Position numbers and translations under genes: made by a program. Shown piece by piece: positions 60,939-64,000 of a stretch of 64,000 nt of DNA. Origin of the DNA: Clostridiales bacterium (GTDB lineage Bacteria > Bacillota > Clostridia > Saccharofermentanales > Saccharofermentanaceae); the NCBI GenBank assembly GCA_017480325.1, contig JAFVAY010000014.1, positions 2,498 through 66,497 on the forward strand, in the 5' to 3' direction. The first letter of the stretch is position 1. Each line of letters begins with the position of its first letter. The notes beneath the pieces are model-generated. The model was not told the DNA's origin, made no database searches, and saw nothing but the letters and a program-made list of their open reading frames with translations.

Positions 60939-62427
60939 ATAAAAAGAAATCCAAGTGTCTGATATTACCCCTAAAATCAATATCCGTCAAAGTACCGTAA
61001 TCACAAAGCTCGTAGCCCGGGAAGTTATAGGGCATTCGGCTGATAATGAAGTCGCCCGCGCGCTTGGAGATCAGCTCATTAGGCTCATATACATAAACAT
61101 CACGGTCCGACGCCATGCAGTAATGGTTATTAAACGGCAGCACATCTGCCGCCAGGAAAAAGCCGCTGTCCAGGAACCCGTAATTAATGATCTTGGGATC
61201 CTCGACGGTATTGATCCTCTCGGCGAACTTAAACTGCGGGCAGTCCTCCTTCTTTACCCCCAGCATGAAGACCGAGGGAGAAGTAACTATCAGCGTCGCG
61301 GTCAGCATTGTCGCCGCGTAAGATACAAGCAGCATTGCAAGCCTACGGGATGACAGCCTGCCAAGAGCCTTATCGATAACAGCAAGCACCGGTATCCATC
61401 CGAACACGGCGAAAGGCTTCAGCCCCATGATGTAATACTCCATAAGAAAGCCCGCACCATATATGCCTATAACAGCGTATACATAAGTCAGTGCCGTAAG
61501 AAGCAGGCTGTCCTTTTGTCTGGTCCTAATAAGGTACCCCGCGCCCAGACCCGCAAAGGCGAAAAATAAAGGCTCGTATCGTAGGTTGAAAACAATCATT
61601 TTCGCGTAGTTAAGAAGGATGCCCCCCACGGTCGCGGTGTCACCGGCATACACACTTCGCTTGGCAGAGTACAGGTAAAGGTTGCCGATGAAGTAGCCGT
61701 CGACCAGCTCCCTGACAGCATCATTGATCAGGAAATACCCGATAACGGCCAGACTTACGGCTGTGAAGCCTCCGAGAAAAGACCCTGCCAGGGGAAGCAC
61801 CTTACCGGTCGCGTTACATCTTCTGCTATAGAGGATCACGAAGACGATATAGCCTAAGTATAAACCGCACAGATTAAACTTGGTCCAGAACACCCATGAA
61901 CAGATAATGCCGATAATGAAGGCCTCCCTGTTCGTAAACATCCTTCCGTTCCTGATCGCCCGGAGCCCTATGTAAAGTGCATATGTAGTAATCGGGAGCA
62001 GCAGCTCCTCGGCGGTGCCTCCGAAGTAGAAGAAGGGTGAAGAACAGCTTGTAAGAGCGAAGACCGGAAGAAGTATATCTATTATAGGGCTCGACTTAAG
62101 AAACAAATTCACTATCTTACGCGACTGAAGCATATAGAAAAAGAACGCGACCGCCTCAGTAAGATACATGCCGAAGAAAGTGTTCCCGGAGATCAGCACA
62201 CCGGGCATCTCCATAACGAACATGAGAAGCCCCTTCTGATCGTGAATATCTCTATAGAGCACCTTGCCGTTCAGGATACATCTCGCCACGGTGTGGTAGA
62301 CGTTGGTATCATTCCAGAAATTCAAAGGATAAAGAGGCGACGACTGGGTGACGAACAGCATCGCTACCAGTGCAAAGACACCGTAGTAAAAATATACCCA
62401 TATTCTCTTGTTAGTTGCTGTTCTCAT
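60922..62427 (-). CDS. Multi-TM GT-C fold glycosyltransferase-like protein
   Basis: D..VY...A..IL.G.VLYRDIHDQKG motif followed by many TM helices; divergent from a GT2 gene. Confidence 0.7.
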   Translation of the reverse strand: MRTATNKRIWVYFYYGVFALVAMLFVTQSSPLYPLNFWNDTNVYHTVARCILNGKVLYRDIHDQKGLLMFVMEMPGVLISGNTFFGMYLTEAVAFFFYMLQSRKIVNLFLKSSPIIDILLPVFALTSCSSPFFYFGGTAEELLLPITTYALYIGLRAIRNGRMFTNREAFIIGIICSWVFWTKFNLCGLYLGYIVFVILYSRRCNATGKVLPLAGSFLGGFTAVSLAVIGYFLINDAVRELVDGYFIGNLYLYSAKRSVYAGDTATVGGILLNYAKMIVFNLRYEPLFFAFAGLGAGYLIRTRQKDSLLLTALTYVYAVIGIYGAGFLMEYYIMGLKPFAVFGWIPVLAVIDKALGRLSSRRLAMLLVSYAATMLTATLIVTSPSVFMLGVKKEDCPQFKFAERINTVEDPKIINYGFLDSGFFLAADVLPFNNHYCMASDRDVYVYEPNELISKRAGDFIISRMPYNFPGYELCDYGTLTDIDFRGNIRHLDFFLYELEK

Positions 62428-62505
62428 TATCCGACACCTTTATATTATAAAGACAACAAGTTCATGCTATACTTTAGCGGTAAAAGTTGCAAACAGGAGA
62501 TTCCT

Positions 62506-63312
62506 ATGGAAAGTAGTAAAGTCAGCATATGTATCCCGACGTATAATGGGGAGCTGTACATAGAGTCTGCCTTAAGATCGATAATTGCCCAGACCTACGA
62601 TAACATAGAGATCATTGTTACTGATGACTGCTCTACCGATAACACCGTAAGCATTATTAAGAGTAATTTTTCTGATGTTATCCTTCACCTTAACGAGAAA
62701 CGCCTGGGGCTAGTCGGCAACTGGAATCACTGCGTCTCTCTTGCTACCGGCAAATACATCAAGCTCATGGGACAGGACGATATCCTTGAGCCCAATGCGA
62801 TCGAGCTTCAGGTCGACAGTCTTGAGAGTGATCCGGAGGCGGTCATCTCAATAGGTCACACCAATGTTATCAACGATTCTGATGAGATACTGATGACCCG
62901 GCGTCTGTCACGAAAGAACTTCTGTCAGGACGGCAAGGCCTTCGCCAGACGGTCATTATGGTGTCGTAACATTTATTGTGAGCCTTCTAACATACTCTAT
63001 CGGTCAGACATCGATGCCAGCTATGACGGAAGCTTCATCTACGTTCCTGACTGGGATCACGATATCGCAGTCTCAACCCATGGGAAGCTGTGCTATGTTG
63101 CAAGCGTTATCATGTCCTTCAGGATATCTACGTCCTCTGAGACCAGCAGGCTCTATAGAAGTGACAACAGACTGATGACTCTCGATCAGGATAAGCTCAT
63201 ATCGAAGTACAGGAAAACGTTGAAGATATCGCTTTTTCAGTACTGTTTCTTCAAGCTCGCCATACGAGCACGTAACATCATCCGCTTCGTCTACCTGCGC
63301 CTCAAGGTGTAA
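62506..63312 (+). CDS. Glycosyltransferase family 2
   Basis: SICIPTYN, DDCSTD and QDD motifs; ATG 62506 after AGGAGA. Confidence 0.92.
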   Translation: MESSKVSICIPTYNGELYIESALRSIIAQTYDNIEIIVTDDCSTDNTVSIIKSNFSDVILHLNEKRLGLVGNWNHCVSLATGKYIKLMGQDDILEPNAIELQVDSLESDPEAVISIGHTNVINDSDEILMTRRLSRKNFCQDGKAFARRSLWCRNIYCEPSNILYRSDIDASYDGSFIYVPDWDHDIAVSTHGKLCYVASVIMSFRISTSSETSRLYRSDNRLMTLDQDKLISKYRKTLKISLFQYCFFKLAIRARNIIRFVYLRLKV

Positions 63313-63315
63313 GTC

Positions 63316-64000
63316 CTACAGCAGCTTCACAAGCTCCTCTCTGATCCCCGACAGCTTCTCGCTGCTGACACCGAAGTCCATCTCCTTATAGGTCCAGGCA
63401 CTTCTGGCGATACCGTGTTTCTCGAAGCAGCTTGTGATGAGCTTATACCACTTAAGCGTATCCTCCGGAGTAGCCAGATCTATCACACCGTACTCTCCGC
63501 AGTAGAGCGCGACGTCCCTCTCCTCAGCCACCTTCACGGCCTCCTCCACCAGATTCTCGAAATACTCGATCCCCATGACCGCATCCTTATCGTAGGAAGA
63601 CAGGTCTGCGGAATACTGGGTAAGATTTGCCTTGTTATACTTCTCGTACTCTCCATAGGTCGAATCCATAGGCATACGGAAGGACGTGTCCATACCCTCT
63701 ACCCAGGGGCCTCCCTGATGCGTGAACACCAGCGGCTCATAGCAATGGAAATTGTAAACGATCTTATCGTCATAGGGCGCCGCCAGATCCTTCAAGCCGT
63801 CAATGGCATTATTCCAGTAGCTTCCGATCAGGATCTTAATATCAGGTGCGACAGCCCGGATCCTTCTTATGCACTCGGCGGAGATGTGGTTCCACGTGTC
63901 GCAGTAGTCCTTATCCGTCACCTCGTTAAGAAGCTCGAAGCAAAGCCTGTCGCTCAGCCTGCCGTACCTTGAAGCCAGCTCCTCCCACAGCCTGTAGAAA
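63316..64000 (-). CDS. Glycoside hydrolase family 5 (endoglucanase C-like), C-terminal part; start lies outside the window
   Basis: FELLNEV acid/base, YNFHCYEP, YCGEYG nucleophile and WTYK motifs. Confidence 0.9.
   Translation of the reverse strand, partial: FYRLWEELASRYGRLSDRLCFELLNEVTDKDYCDTWNHISAECIRRIRAVAPDIKILIGSYWNNAIDGLKDLAAPYDDKIVYNFHCYEPLVFTHQGGPWVEGMDTSFRMPMDSTYGEYEKYNKANLTQYSADLSSYDKDAVMGIEYFENLVEEAVKVAEERDVALYCGEYGVIDLATPEDTLKWYKLITSCFEKHGIARSAWTYKEMDFGVSSEKLSGIREELVKLL

Overview
A 64-kb, gene-dense chromosomal window from a Firmicute. Gene content suggests an anaerobic Clostridia-class gut or rumen organism (inference). In order, it holds: a signalling cluster (propeller hybrid histidine kinase, an HD-GYP phosphodiesterase with an ECF S-component-like N-terminus, a GGDEF cyclase); a LytTR regulatory system; small accessory enzymes; a GMP synthase lacking its glutaminase domain behind a highly structured, terminator-containing leader; housekeeping genes; and a type IV pilus/T2SS-like assembly operon. 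The only canonical prepilin in the window is a ~3400-aa AT-rich GLUG-repeat giant pilin-adhesin, separated from the machinery genes by an AT-rich RloAB/AAA-nuclease insert. Both halves of the pilus locus carry near-identical promoters. Five intergenic short-motif arrays fall into two architectures whose geometry is conserved while the motif sequence differs at each locus. No rRNA, tRNA, CRISPR array, integrase or transposase was recognised. All calls come from reading the sequence; no database search was run.
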